A DNA stretch of 64,000 bases from Marine Group II euryarchaeote MED-G37 (GTDB lineage: Archaea > Thermoplasmatota > Poseidoniia > Poseidoniales > Thalassarchaeaceae): the NCBI GenBank assembly GCA_002457555.1, contig NTJQ01000005.1, positions 28,335-92,334 on the forward strand, read 5' to 3'. Positions 24,875 to 34,894 of this stretch are shown here, one piece after another. The notes beneath the pieces are model-generated. The model was given only the letters and a program-made list of their open reading frames with translations, searched no databases and had not been told where the DNA came from. Position 1 is the stretch's first letter. Each line of letters begins with the position of its first letter. The position numbers and the translations under genes are program-made.

Positions 24875-27682
24875 TCAGAGAAAAATATTCTTCTGATTTA
24901 TCGAAGACTGTGGTACAAGGCCTTGCTTTTTAATTTCCGAAACCATTTCTTTGCCGGACTTACTGTGACCGTACATAACAGCCCCGGGACTCACTTTCTG
25001 ATTCCAATAGTGTTGGAAAATAGCAGCATCATCTTTGTTTTTACAGAGTACCCTCGGAACTGAATGAAACATTGCAAGCTTATTCTTCTTTGAACGAACA
25101 TATTTTGCTAGAACTTCTGGTAGCATTTTACTGAACCAATTGTCCGTGATTATTTTCACTTCTCTAGGAATAACATACCTAGGATTATCTAATGGACCCA
25201 GTATTTCCTGCATTGCTGATGCAAAAATTGCTGATTCCTCTTCATTGGCTTCTTTCAGATATGCTCGCATCCAACCACCACTTCTGGAACCACCTCCAAT
25301 TTCTGCCCCGAAGTTAATCAATCTCAGTTCCTTTAGTGTCAGAGCAACAGCTTCTCCTATTGAAAGTACCAATGAATCATGATTCCATTCTACCAAGCCA
25401 ATAGAAGTTGGAGAGTAAAATTGTCCGCCCCCCAATCCCTCCACTAGATTCATTTTGATTTCCACGGCCTCTTTTGCTTCGGCATTGAAGGGTTGCCCTA
25501 TACCCCAAAGTTCCCTTGTTCTAGACCTATTTCTTGCCCTCATTAACATCTCTTCGTTGAAAACACTCATGGTTTCTGAGACGCCCTCTGGTTTTGCCTC
25601 TGTAAATGCTGCATGTACGTGGCCAACTCCTTTTTCTATGGCACCATCATCACCAACACCGTAGAGTTGTTTGTGCTTTCTTTTGAATCGGAGATAATCA
25701 TCGAAGCCTTTCTCAAATTCATCTGCAAGGCAGATGATATCCCAATTGTTTGCGACCTTCTCGGGCCAAAGTTTGTCTAGCCTGAATGATCTGCCTCTTA
25801 ATTGATTGATGCTCATACTTGTAGTGACGGTTGTAAGATCAATCAGCACATTGATTCTACTCGCATCCCACCCTTCTCCAAGAAGTCCTCTGGTCCCTAC
25901 AAGGCAATTAGTTACACCTTCTTGGAATAATTCTGTAATCATCATCGTGTAATATCTGGGAAGCCAATCCTTACCTTTACCACGGATTTCAAAATATTCA
26001 CCTCGCTTGATATAATCGAACTTAATCTCCAACCCCCTTTCATCAACCCATTGCTCAAAGCGGGGGAGAATATTCTGCAATAAATCATCATCAACAAGAA
26101 CCGTTGTTCCGGTCATCAACACAGGATTCAGTCTATCCGTTGCTTCGGATTGTAACACCGCTCTGTAAGCCGCAACTGCCCCACCTGCCTCTTTGTCCAA
26201 AACACCCTCTACTATCGTGGTAGCTGATGTTTTCTCAAAATCAGTCACAATAACCGCACGGATATCAGGACCCAAAGCTTGCATTTCAGCGGTCAGGATT
26301 TCTTGAAGAGCATCATATTTTGCGGAAGCATACGCCATGACTCTTCCAATCGGCGAGGCACATAATCTAGCTCCGGAGCCAGTTATTTGCACTCCAAGTA
26401 ATCTTAATTTTTGTTTTGCCTCATCAGCCAGAGCGTGATCTTTTTTGTTTCCTGATCGCATTAATCCATTACGAATGTATCTATCGAGAATAATAATCAA
26501 AGTGGTAATACTATTTCCTGAACGAACCATATGTAATTCAGGAGGAGGGACATCGCTTGGAAGACTCCTTCCATAGTGGACTAGAAATCCTCTCGCAGAA
26601 TTTGCCAATCCGGGGTCTCTTCTGGAAAATGAAGTCCAATTTGATGCATTACCTGCTGGTAAATCTAGCTCATCTAATGTTCTGGCTAGCCAAATATCGA
26701 GACCAGGTAACCTATCGCTAGAATCGATAGGGCCTCGCCTTAGATTTTCGATTAATTCTTTGAAATCATTGGTTACATTTGCAATATATTTCAATTCATG
26801 ATCTGAAGGTCTCACGAAATATGCTAAATCTTGGTATGGTGCTAAATTTCCATCTCTCACCAAGGCGGGAACTGGGACCTCATAGTCTACCTCTCCGAAT
26901 AGGTCAAGATACAGATTTTCTTCTTTGGGAGCGTCGGTTACCTCGGGTGGAGTAGCGGTCAAACCCAAAACTACTGGATTGTCTAAAAATTCAACAATTT
27001 CCAATAAAACTCTCCCCCAATGCTCCAATAGATGATGACATTCATCGAGTATGATTAATCCCACACCAGCATCCTTGAGCCTCATTAAATTGGCTTTGGC
27101 AGAGTCATGCAATACCCAAAGGGCATTACCATGTTCTGACAAGTCATCTCGAACCTTTTTCCTGAAATGGCTCATCCTTTCTCCATGATGTTCAGGGTTT
27201 TTTTCTCCCAAATCTTCAATCCAAGATATTGCACTTTCTCGATCGTCCGCCTCGACTAAGTCGTTTACCGGAGTCATCAATTGGCTAATCCAAAGTTCCA
27301 TCGCAGATTCTTCTAAATCGCCACCTCCTCTCTTTGGCAGTGTGACAGATTGGTAAGTTAGAGAGGTAAGTATTCCAGGGTTCTTTGGGTCAGTTCCAAT
27401 CTCATCACCTCTACCGTCCAAATTGAACAATTCCTTTGCCCTCTCTACCCACTGAGCCTGAATCGCAGAATTAGGACTAAGAACCAAGGTTGGTAATCTG
27501 ACCAAATCTGACCATACATACAATCCAAGAACGGTCTTTCCTGAACCAGGTGGGGCTACAATGAGTAATTCTTTGGAATCTCTTTCTAATTCCTTGCGAA
27601 TAATTCCAGATGAGGCTATTTGAGAAGGCCTAAGTTTACCCGAAAAACCAATGTCTCCGAAATCCGAGGCCATAAAATTCAC
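24875..27682 (-). CDS. Superfamily-2 DEAH-box (ResIII/SNF2-like) helicase with long C-terminal uncharacterised domain
   Basis: 935 aa. LRPSQ-type Q-motif region, motif I APPGSGKT, motif II ILDECHH, motif III LGLTATP. Helicase-C lobe with motif V LLGEGWDASRINVLI and motif VI QLRGRSFR. About 180 aa inserted between the RecA lobes and about 285 aa after motif VI. The start ATG overlaps the stop of the upstream nucleotidyltransferase (ATGA). Confidence 0.7.
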   Translation of the reverse strand: MNFMASDFGDIGFSGKLRPSQIASSGIIRKELERDSKELLIVAPPGSGKTVLGLYVWSDLVRLPTLVLSPNSAIQAQWVERAKELFNLDGRGDEIGTDPKNPGILTSLTYQSVTLPKRGGGDLEESAMELWISQLMTPVNDLVEADDRESAISWIEDLGEKNPEHHGERMSHFRKKVRDDLSEHGNALWVLHDSAKANLMRLKDAGVGLIILDECHHLLEHWGRVLLEIVEFLDNPVVLGLTATPPEVTDAPKEENLYLDLFGEVDYEVPVPALVRDGNLAPYQDLAYFVRPSDHELKYIANVTNDFKELIENLRRGPIDSSDRLPGLDIWLARTLDELDLPAGNASNWTSFSRRDPGLANSARGFLVHYGRSLPSDVPPPELHMVRSGNSITTLIIILDRYIRNGLMRSGNKKDHALADEAKQKLRLLGVQITGSGARLCASPIGRVMAYASAKYDALQEILTAEMQALGPDIRAVIVTDFEKTSATTIVEGVLDKEAGGAVAAYRAVLQSEATDRLNPVLMTGTTVLVDDDLLQNILPRFEQWVDERGLEIKFDYIKRGEYFEIRGKGKDWLPRYYTMMITELFQEGVTNCLVGTRGLLGEGWDASRINVLIDLTTVTTSMSINQLRGRSFRLDKLWPEKVANNWDIICLADEFEKGFDDYLRFKRKHKQLYGVGDDGAIEKGVGHVHAAFTEAKPEGVSETMSVFNEEMLMRARNRSRTRELWGIGQPFNAEAKEAVEIKMNLVEGLGGGQFYSPTSIGLVEWNHDSLVLSIGEAVALTLKELRLINFGAEIGGGSRSGGWMRAYLKEANEEESAIFASAMQEILGPLDNPRYVIPREVKIITDNWFSKMLPEVLAKYVRSKKNKLAMFHSVPRVLCKNKDDAAIFQHYWNQKVSPGAVMYGHSKSGKEMVSEIKKQGLVPQSSINQKNIFL

Positions 27683-28641
27683 TCTACTGTTGCACCATGA
27701 TCAAGAATAATTCCATCCAATGATGAACCGTCATGAATCATGGAATTTTTCCCAATGAGGCAATTCCTTATCGAACAATTTTCTCCGATTACTACTTCAT
27801 TAAGAATAACAGAATTTTCTACAGTGCTGCCATTACCGATGCGAGAATTTTCCCCAACTGAACTGGATACTATAGTTCCAGACGTGACAACATTCTCTCC
27901 AAACCATGAGTTACCCATTGATTCGCCTTTAGAATATCTTCCGGAACCAATGCATGCTTGAGTAGCCTCAACAAATGATTCAGGAGTGCCTGCATCAACG
28001 AACATGCCTTCGAAGGGGAATCCATTCAATACTCCATTTTCTGCAATTTTCTCATATACATCTCTCTCCATGCTATGTCGGCCCTCGGGCATGTAATCGA
28101 AAATCTCGGGTTCAAGAAGATAGGTTCCAGCATTGATTAAATTTGAGAATGCTTCTTCGATAGGAGGTTTTTCTTGGAATCTCATTATTTTTCCATTTTC
28201 CTCGATATAATCCGCAACTCCAAATCTCGAAGGATCTTTTACAGGCCAAAGTGAAATTGTAGCAAGGCCTCCGTTCTTCTTGTGGAATTCTAACATATCC
28301 TTCACTTTCAAGCTTGTAATTAAATCTCCATTAATCACACAAAAGGTACCATTTGATAGATATGGGCGACAATTAGCGATTGCTCCTCCAGTTCCCAAAG
28401 GTTCGGTTTCCTCAACGATAACGACCTCGTATGGAAGGTTGATGTTTGAAAAATAATCTCTCATTTGATCCACACCATAACCCGCAGCGATTAGCACCTT
28501 ATCGACTTCAGATTCTGGAAGTACGTTTAGCACATGTTCAATCATTGATTTATCCAAAATCGGGAGAAGTGGCTTAGGGATAGAATTGGTCCATGGCCTA
28601 AGTCGAGTGCCAAATCCGCCCGCCAGAACCACTACGTCCAT
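27679..28641 (-). CDS. Sugar-1-phosphate nucleotidylyltransferase (mannose-1-P guanylyl / glucose-1-P thymidylyl-transferase family) with C-terminal left-handed beta-helix
   Basis: N-terminus MDVVVLAGGFGTRLRPWTNSIPKPLLPI is the canonical NTP-transferase signature. The C-terminus has hexapeptide repeats (IGENSRIGNGSTVENSVILNEVVIGENCSI...). Start moved to the ATG at 28641; the ORF track's 37-aa N-terminal extension overlaps the sucC promoter region. Confidence 0.75.
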   Translation of the reverse strand: MDVVVLAGGFGTRLRPWTNSIPKPLLPILDKSMIEHVLNVLPESEVDKVLIAAGYGVDQMRDYFSNINLPYEVVIVEETEPLGTGGAIANCRPYLSNGTFCVINGDLITSLKVKDMLEFHKKNGGLATISLWPVKDPSRFGVADYIEENGKIMRFQEKPPIEEAFSNLINAGTYLLEPEIFDYMPEGRHSMERDVYEKIAENGVLNGFPFEGMFVDAGTPESFVEATQACIGSGRYSKGESMGNSWFGENVVTSGTIVSSSVGENSRIGNGSTVENSVILNEVVIGENCSIRNCLIGKNSMIHDGSSLDGIILDHGATVE

Positions 28642-28750
28642 GGTTGGGCGGGTGCAATTACTACTTTCAGCACTTCGTGTCCCCGACGCCTCCTGCACAT
28701 TCACAAGGCGCATCGTTGAAAGACGGATGTTGAGTCGCCGGAGCGTCGAC

Positions 28751-29959
28751 ATGAATATTCACGAGTATCAGGGGAAGGAACTGTTTCGTTCTGCAGGAGT
28801 AAAGGTTCAGGAAGGAGTTCATTGCAAATCTATTGAGGAAGCGCTTGCTGCATACGATTCTCTTGACTCAAAAGTTGTTGCTGTGAAGAGTCAGATTCAT
28901 GCTGGTGGTCGCGGCAAAGGAAATCTATACTGCCCAGATTCAGGAGATTTATTAATGGAAGGTGGAGTTAAAATTGCATTCTCTCGAGATGAGGTTGAAA
29001 CCTATTCGGAAAATATCCTCGGTCATATCCTTGTAACAAAACAAACAGGCCCTGCTGGAAAATTAGTCAGCAATATCTACGTTGAGGCTGGTTGTGAAAT
29101 CGCCCACGAATATTATCTCGCTCTCTTAGTAGATAGGGAAGCAAAGAAGGTGTTAATCATGGCCTCGACTGAGGGTGGGATGGATATAGAAGAAGTAGCT
29201 GAAAGTACACCCGAAGCGATTCACAAAATTTGGGTTGATTCATCAACGGGTTTACTCGAATCGCAAAAAAACGAACTAGGCACGGCACTTGGCCTATTGG
29301 GCGCGGCTTTGGAGGACTTTTTGAGTATGATAGGAAGCCTCTACAATCTATTCTTATCCAACGATTGCGCAATGGTGGAAATCAATCCTTTAGTCCGAAC
29401 TAAATCTGACGAAATAGTGGCTCTTGACGCTAAGGTCGGGTTTGATGAAAACGCCTCATTCAGGCACAAAGAGTGGGAAGATATGAGAGACCTATCTGAA
29501 GAAGAGCCTACTGAAACTCGAGCAAATGAAGCCGGACTCTCTTACGTCAAACTCGATGGTGACATTGGTTGCTTGGTTAACGGTGCAGGCTTGGCCATGG
29601 CAACTATGGATGTAATCAAACTCTACGGCGGCGAACCTGCTAATTTCCTAGATATTGGCGGCGGTGCTGATGAAGCCAAAGTTCAGGAAGCCTTTGAGAT
29701 AATTCTCGAAGACCCCAACGTCAAAGGAATATTAGTCAATATCTTCGGAGGAATCCAACGCTGCGACATTGTTGCAAAAGCCGTACTTGCTGTCTCCGAA
29801 AACATGGGCTTAGAAGTCCCACTGGTGATTCGTCTATCAGGAACGATGTTTGAGGAGGGGCGAGCGATTATCGATGCCTCCGATCTTGATTGTACATCTG
29901 TTGAGACATTGGCTGAAGGTGCCGAAGCAATTGTCGGACTAATTGGAGGTGGTAAGTGA
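28751..29959 (+). CDS. sucC: Succinyl-CoA synthetase beta subunit (ADP-forming)
   Basis: The N-terminus [17 protein letters not shown] matches the SucC start. ATP-grasp domain and CoA-ligase domain present ([17 protein letters not shown]). Start moved to the ATG at 28751. Confidence 0.85.
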   Translation: MNIHEYQGKELFRSAGVKVQEGVHCKSIEEALAAYDSLDSKVVAVKSQIHAGGRGKGNLYCPDSGDLLMEGGVKIAFSRDEVETYSENILGHILVTKQTGPAGKLVSNIYVEAGCEIAHEYYLALLVDREAKKVLIMASTEGGMDIEEVAESTPEAIHKIWVDSSTGLLESQKNELGTALGLLGAALEDFLSMIGSLYNLFLSNDCAMVEINPLVRTKSDEIVALDAKVGFDENASFRHKEWEDMRDLSEEEPTETRANEAGLSYVKLDGDIGCLVNGAGLAMATMDVIKLYGGEPANFLDIGGGADEAKVQEAFEIILEDPNVKGILVNIFGGIQRCDIVAKAVLAVSENMGLEVPLVIRLSGTMFEEGRAIIDASDLDCTSVETLAEGAEAIVGLIGGGK

Positions 29960-30882
29960 TGGCGATTTGGGTTCAGGAAGATTCGAAATTAATTATTCAG
30001 GGAATAACCGGCTCCCAAGGAAGTTTCCATGGTGAGAAAATGGTTGAATATGGTACAAATTTGGTCGGTGGCGTTACCCCCGGAAAGGGAGGTCAAACTG
30101 TAGAATTAGCAGGCACTGAATTCCCAGTTTTCAATACCATGATGGAAGCGATTGAGCAAACAGATGCGGACGCTTCAGTAATCTATGTCCCCCCCCCATT
30201 TGCTGCTGCAGCAATCATGGAGGCGGCTGATGCCTTCGACAAAATCAAGGGAGAGGGAGTCATTGTTTGTATCACCGAGGGAATACCAACTCTGGATATG
30301 GTAAAGGCAGTCGCCTACGTAAATGAAAGATCAGGGATTAGACTCATTGGACCAAACTGCCCCGGAATCATTACGCCAGGAGATAATGGCGGTTGTAAAA
30401 TTGGAATCATGCCAGGACATATCCATGCCAAGGGTAGGATTGGAGTCGTATCAAAATCAGGCACTTTAACCTATGAAGCGGTTGCACAAACAATGAGTAT
30501 CGGTGAAGGGCAGTCTACCTGTATAGGAATCGGCGGAGATCCAGTGAATGGAACCGGATTCATTGATTGTTTGTCTGCCTTCGAAGCCGACCCTCAAACC
30601 GTAGCCGTGGTTATGATTGGTGAAATTGGAGGTACCGCCGAGGAAGATGCTTCCGAATGGGCCGCTGTGAACATGAGTAAACCAATTGTCGGCTTCGTTG
30701 CAGGTTCAACAGCCCCACCCGGAAAAAGAATGGGGCACGCCGGCGCGATCATCTCTGGTGGAAAGGGTACTGCTGCGGAAAAATTTGCAGCATTCGAGGC
30801 GGCTGGAATTCACATAGCACGAGATCCTTCTGAAATTGGCGCTGTGTTGAAACTGGCTCTGGAAGAATCAGGTCTTCTCTGA
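29956..30882 (+). CDS. sucD: Succinyl-CoA synthetase alpha subunit
   Basis: [22 protein letters not shown], catalytic-His region [15 protein letters not shown]. The start overlaps the sucC stop (ATGA). Confidence 0.85.
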   Translation: MMAIWVQEDSKLIIQGITGSQGSFHGEKMVEYGTNLVGGVTPGKGGQTVELAGTEFPVFNTMMEAIEQTDADASVIYVPPPFAAAAIMEAADAFDKIKGEGVIVCITEGIPTLDMVKAVAYVNERSGIRLIGPNCPGIITPGDNGGCKIGIMPGHIHAKGRIGVVSKSGTLTYEAVAQTMSIGEGQSTCIGIGGDPVNGTGFIDCLSAFEADPQTVAVVMIGEIGGTAEEDASEWAAVNMSKPIVGFVAGSTAPPGKRMGHAGAIISGGKGTAAEKFAAFEAAGIHIARDPSEIGAVLKLALEESGLL

Positions 30883-30946
30883 AGACCGACTCCTTTGACC
30901 TGGTATTCACGGTCAGACTTAATCCAAATAATGCGACGAACCCCTC

Positions 30947-32413
30947 GTGAGTTCGCAATCGCGGGTGGTTGTAATTGGCGGAGGTATAGCCGGTTGTTCC
31001 TCTGCCCTTGCCCTTGCAGGTAGGGGTGTGAATGTAACTTTGTTAGAGGCATCCAACCGATTGGGTGGCCGTTATGGTAGTGTGAAAATTCCTGGACTCG
31101 AACGACAAATCGACAGAACACAGAATGTATTTTTCAGAAACTTCGAGCGATTTCTCCAATTACTTGCAACATGTGAGTCAAGAGAATCAGTAAAATTGCA
31201 AAAATCCACCATGCTAGCATTTCTCGAAGTTGACCGGGGGCGGATTTCAAAAATTGAAGCAGGTAGTCTCCCTCCTCCAAATCATCTATCTGCATCTTTT
31301 CTTAATGCTAATTTCCTAGGCTTAGGTGATAAATTCTCAATGCAAAAGGCAGTTCAAACTATCCAAGCAACAAATGAACAACAAAGGCGAGAACTAGATG
31401 ACCTAAGCTTCCTTCAATGGCTAGAAGATAATAGCCAGAGTAAGCGATCAATCTCTCGTTTTTGGAATCCAATAAGTAAATTGGCATTAAACTTAGATTG
31501 CTCTGAAGCAAGTGCCTCATCGGCAATTTTCCTGTTCAAGAAAGCCCTTCTCGGAAACGCAAGTGCATTCGATGTTGGTTGTTTTACAAACGATTTCACA
31601 AATGCTGTATCTTCCAACTTGCGAAGAACACTTGCGGATTCAGATGTCGAGGTCCATCTCTCAACCCCTGTCACCAGTCTATTCCGAGATTCAGGGGTAG
31701 TCACCGGAGTTAATACAAAAAATGGTTTTCATGCAGCAACAGTGGTCATCATTTGTACGCCAATCTCCGATACTGCAAGGCTACTAACCGGTTCTTCAGC
31801 GAGTATGGCATCTCATGAGGTCGCAGAAAGGCTTGCAAAATTGGGTAACACCTCTCAAATAGGGATTCATGCCTTTCATGAGGGACCAGTTTTACCAGAA
31901 GGAATCCCGTTCGTGATTTGTTGCGATGAGCCCTTGATTCAGATGTTATTCGATAGGTCTGGTGAACTCGATGATGGAAAGAGGTCTGGCCTCCCGGGCC
32001 ATTGGATTTGCTGCCCTGTTTCCTACGCAGACAAATATCAGGAGTGGGATGACGAATTGATAAAAACAGAATACCAAAGAGTGATCGAAATAGCATTCCC
32101 TGAATCTCCTCCATTGATTGATTTTCATGTAGTTAGAATAAATCGATTTGCTACCGCTATGAGAACTGGTTCTCAACGAGATCGACCGAATCCACTTGAT
32201 GCTGGCGAGGGAGTGATTTTGGGTGGGGATTGGATCAATATCGATTGGCCCTCAAGCCTAGAGGCTTCAACTAGGGCTGGGCTCGTAGCGGCTGCAACAT
32301 ACCTTAGAGAAAATCGGGTTCGAGATTTCTCAGATTGGAAACATGACGAGAAATGGCCCGATTGGCCAAACTCTGCTAAGAAAGAAGACGAAGATTGGAG
32401 AATATGGGAATAA
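30947..32413 (+). CDS. FAD-dependent amine-oxidase-family desaturase/reductase (HpnE / CrtI-like)
   Basis: N-terminal dinucleotide-binding motif VVVIGGGIAGCSSALALAGRGVNVTLLEASNRLGGR. 488 aa, the size of HpnE/CrtI family enzymes. Located immediately upstream of two squalene/phytoene-synthase-family genes. Confidence 0.65.
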   Translation: MSSQSRVVVIGGGIAGCSSALALAGRGVNVTLLEASNRLGGRYGSVKIPGLERQIDRTQNVFFRNFERFLQLLATCESRESVKLQKSTMLAFLEVDRGRISKIEAGSLPPPNHLSASFLNANFLGLGDKFSMQKAVQTIQATNEQQRRELDDLSFLQWLEDNSQSKRSISRFWNPISKLALNLDCSEASASSAIFLFKKALLGNASAFDVGCFTNDFTNAVSSNLRRTLADSDVEVHLSTPVTSLFRDSGVVTGVNTKNGFHAATVVIICTPISDTARLLTGSSASMASHEVAERLAKLGNTSQIGIHAFHEGPVLPEGIPFVICCDEPLIQMLFDRSGELDDGKRSGLPGHWICCPVSYADKYQEWDDELIKTEYQRVIEIAFPESPPLIDFHVVRINRFATAMRTGSQRDRPNPLDAGEGVILGGDWINIDWPSSLEASTRAGLVAAATYLRENRVRDFSDWKHDEKWPDWPNSAKKEDEDWRIWE

Positions 32414-32467
32414 AGTAAGCAACGAAGCAATCAACAGATAAGCGACTGTGGGCGAGGTTAGAATAAC

Positions 32468-33487
32468 ATGGCTGAGATTATTGATGAGCACATCGATGGA
32501 TTGCTCAAGGCGACATCTCGTTCCTTTCATTTGACTCTAACAAGCCTCCCGAATAGTGTCAGAGATCAGGTCGGCCTACTGTACCTCCTCGCTCGCCTTG
32601 CAGACACGATAGCAGATTCAAAAACCAAAGATGTTGATGCCTTAATTGAGGCTCTTGATGGATATCAAAAACACTTAGTCAGCGGTGAAAAATTGGACCT
32701 TTCAAATATCGCAAAGCTGCAAGACGATGCAGATGAAAAAAGACTGCTTGAAAACCTAGAATCCGTTATCATTGCATATCGAAACATGGATCCAAAAGAT
32801 ACTGAATTAATGCAACGATGTCTCGACATTATCATTTCAGGGCAGCGGCTAGATTTGGTCCGATTTGGAGCCCTTGGATCAGAACTAACCTGCCTGGAAA
32901 ACGACATCCAATTGGACGATTATGCCTATAGAGTCGCAGGAAGTGTTGGAGAATTTTGGACCGCGATTACTTTGCAAAATGAATTATCGGGAGATGTCCC
33001 AGATACCGAAACCTTCGATTCACTTGGAATTTGCTTCGGGAAGGCGCTACAAATGACCAATATATTGAGAGATATTCCAGCAGATTTAGCCTTAGGCCGG
33101 TGTTATATCCCAAATGATAGGTTAGCAGAAATTGGACTAAATCATGAGGACCTATACAATCCTGATTCAATTGATGTTTTTAGGCCTCTATACGATTCCT
33201 ATCTAGACCTAACCTGTGAACACTATGATTTCGCAATAAATTACATTCGAATGATCCCAAGGAAATATCGTAGCCTTCGTATGGCTTGTATGCTACCTGT
33301 TGTTATTGGCTTAGAAACCATTGCATTGCTTCGAAAGGGGAATGTTCTTGATGCCTCTGAGAGGATTAAGGTAAATAGAAGTAGAATCCGTAAAATAGCT
33401 GTTTTTTGTGTAATTTCTACAAGGTTCAAGAGAATGGAGAATAAAATCCTTAGCAAGGCAGCAAATCGAGCGATAAACGGCTTCTGA
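32468..33487 (+). CDS. Squalene/phytoene synthase family protein (HpnC-like candidate)
   Basis: 339-aa trans-isoprenyl diphosphate synthase head-to-head fold. Motifs ATSRSFHL, LLARLADTIADS (first Asp-rich motif), YAYRVAGSVGEFW, MTNILRDIPADL. Confidence 0.6.
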   Translation: MAEIIDEHIDGLLKATSRSFHLTLTSLPNSVRDQVGLLYLLARLADTIADSKTKDVDALIEALDGYQKHLVSGEKLDLSNIAKLQDDADEKRLLENLESVIIAYRNMDPKDTELMQRCLDIIISGQRLDLVRFGALGSELTCLENDIQLDDYAYRVAGSVGEFWTAITLQNELSGDVPDTETFDSLGICFGKALQMTNILRDIPADLALGRCYIPNDRLAEIGLNHEDLYNPDSIDVFRPLYDSYLDLTCEHYDFAINYIRMIPRKYRSLRMACMLPVVIGLETIALLRKGNVLDASERIKVNRSRIRKIAVFCVISTRFKRMENKILSKAANRAINGF

Positions 33488-33573
33488 ACCTGTTTAAGGC
33501 CGCTGAAGCGGCCTGCACGCGCGCGAGGGTGAGGTTCAAGAGCGAATGACTAGGGCTTACCTTCGGCGTTACC

Positions 33574-34824
33574 ATGTCTCAAGACACTAGCAACGATTCC
33601 GCAAGCGAACTGCGGCACGATGCTGAGCGTAGCATTTCACTTGTGGACGCCGATGTTCAAAATCCCGGAATTGAGGGTGTAAGATCTAAAGTTAGCCTAA
33701 CCCGAGAAGCAGCTCGAGCAATTTCGATTACCGCCCTCGAAACAATCCGAGAAGGTGCCCGATTCATGGGTGTTGTTGGTACACGTGGGGAATTACTGAA
33801 TCCATTTGGACACATTGACGCAGCAATTTGGTCAGAATCGGATGTGCCAGAATACATGATCGAGACTGCATACGAATACTGTGAAGAGTTGACACGTGTA
33901 GAGGCGGGTAACTTCTACCACTCATTCAAGTATCTACCCAGTGAGGCCCGTCAGGCTATCTGCGCATACTATGCATTTTGTCGTAGAGCAGATGATATCG
34001 CAGATGGAGACTATGTCGATTCCTTCCCCGGAGGATCGTCAGACAACCCAGAGTCAGTAGAGTATCGAGCACACATCGAGAGGTTGACGGGAAGTAGTCC
34101 GGTGGTTGCTAGAGACCATTATGACGACAGAATGTCACAATTATTTTACTACCGAAAGAAATTGTCTAGTGCTTACGGTCAAGTCACCTCAACCGATCCT
34201 ATTTTTATCGCATTGAAAGATACCATTAGGCGTTACAATATCCCACGCCAATTACTTGATGATATGATTAGTGGGATGGAGGACGACTTCCATCGAAACC
34301 GCTACGACACTTTCGAGGACCTCTACTCCTATTGTTACCGAGTCGCATCTACAGTTGGATTAGTTTGTATCGAAATCTACGGCTACTCAGAATTGGAAGC
34401 TAGAGAATTTTCTGAAGCATGGGGGATTTTCATGCAATTGACAAATATCATCCGAGATGTTGCAGAGGATGCAGAGCGAGACCGAATTTACCTCCCGATG
34501 GATGATTTGCGTAGATATGGAATTAGCGAGAACGATGTAAAGAGCGGGGCTGAATTACTCAATCACCCTGGTTGGAAACCGTTCGTTGAAGAATACATAG
34601 AAAGAGCTGAAAGTTACCGAGATAAGGCATTCAAACTACTTCCATTATTAGATAGGCAATCTCGATATTCGCCGGCAGCAATGATGGCATTTTACGAATC
34701 CATCCTAAAGAAAATAGGCAAGAAGGATGGTGACGTATTTACAGAGCGTGTACAATTATCAAAGGCGGAGAAAATTTCTCTAGCCGCGTATGTATACGCG
34801 AGATATCGCTTCCTTGCCCTCTGA
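33574..34824 (+). CDS. Squalene/phytoene synthase family protein (HpnD/CrtB-like candidate) with ~100-aa N-terminal extension
   Basis: AYEYCEELTRVEAGNFYHSF, FCRRADDIADG (DxxxD), CYRVASTVGLV, MISGMEDDF (second Asp-rich motif), NIIRDVAEDAERDRIYLP. Confidence 0.65.
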   Translation: MSQDTSNDSASELRHDAERSISLVDADVQNPGIEGVRSKVSLTREAARAISITALETIREGARFMGVVGTRGELLNPFGHIDAAIWSESDVPEYMIETAYEYCEELTRVEAGNFYHSFKYLPSEARQAICAYYAFCRRADDIADGDYVDSFPGGSSDNPESVEYRAHIERLTGSSPVVARDHYDDRMSQLFYYRKKLSSAYGQVTSTDPIFIALKDTIRRYNIPRQLLDDMISGMEDDFHRNRYDTFEDLYSYCYRVASTVGLVCIEIYGYSELEAREFSEAWGIFMQLTNIIRDVAEDAERDRIYLPMDDLRRYGISENDVKSGAELLNHPGWKPFVEEYIERAESYRDKAFKLLPLLDRQSRYSPAAMMAFYESILKKIGKKDGDVFTERVQLSKAEKISLAAYVYARYRFLAL

Positions 34825-34894
34825 GCAAGAAGCGGCTTTGAAGCGCCAAGACAAAAGGGAAGATTATCGAGTATAGCAATTCGGAGGGATATTA

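Noticed and set aside
28586-28750. 55-aa N-terminal extension of sucC and 37-aa extension of the nucleotidyltransferase (28642..28752) suggested by the ORF track
   Set aside because: The conserved N-termini of both families ([12 protein letters not shown]; MDVVVLAGGFGTRL) begin at internal ATGs. The extensions would make the two divergent genes overlap across their own promoter region.
33497-33514. Perfect 7-bp hairpin (AGGCCGC-tgaa-GCGGCCT) right after the first synthase gene, as a possible intrinsic terminator splitting the HpnCDE-like cluster
   Set aside because: No T-tract follows it, and the downstream gene starts only 60 nt later on the same strand. It is more likely a neutral or stabilising structure than a terminator. 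I kept it in mind as a possible attenuator only.
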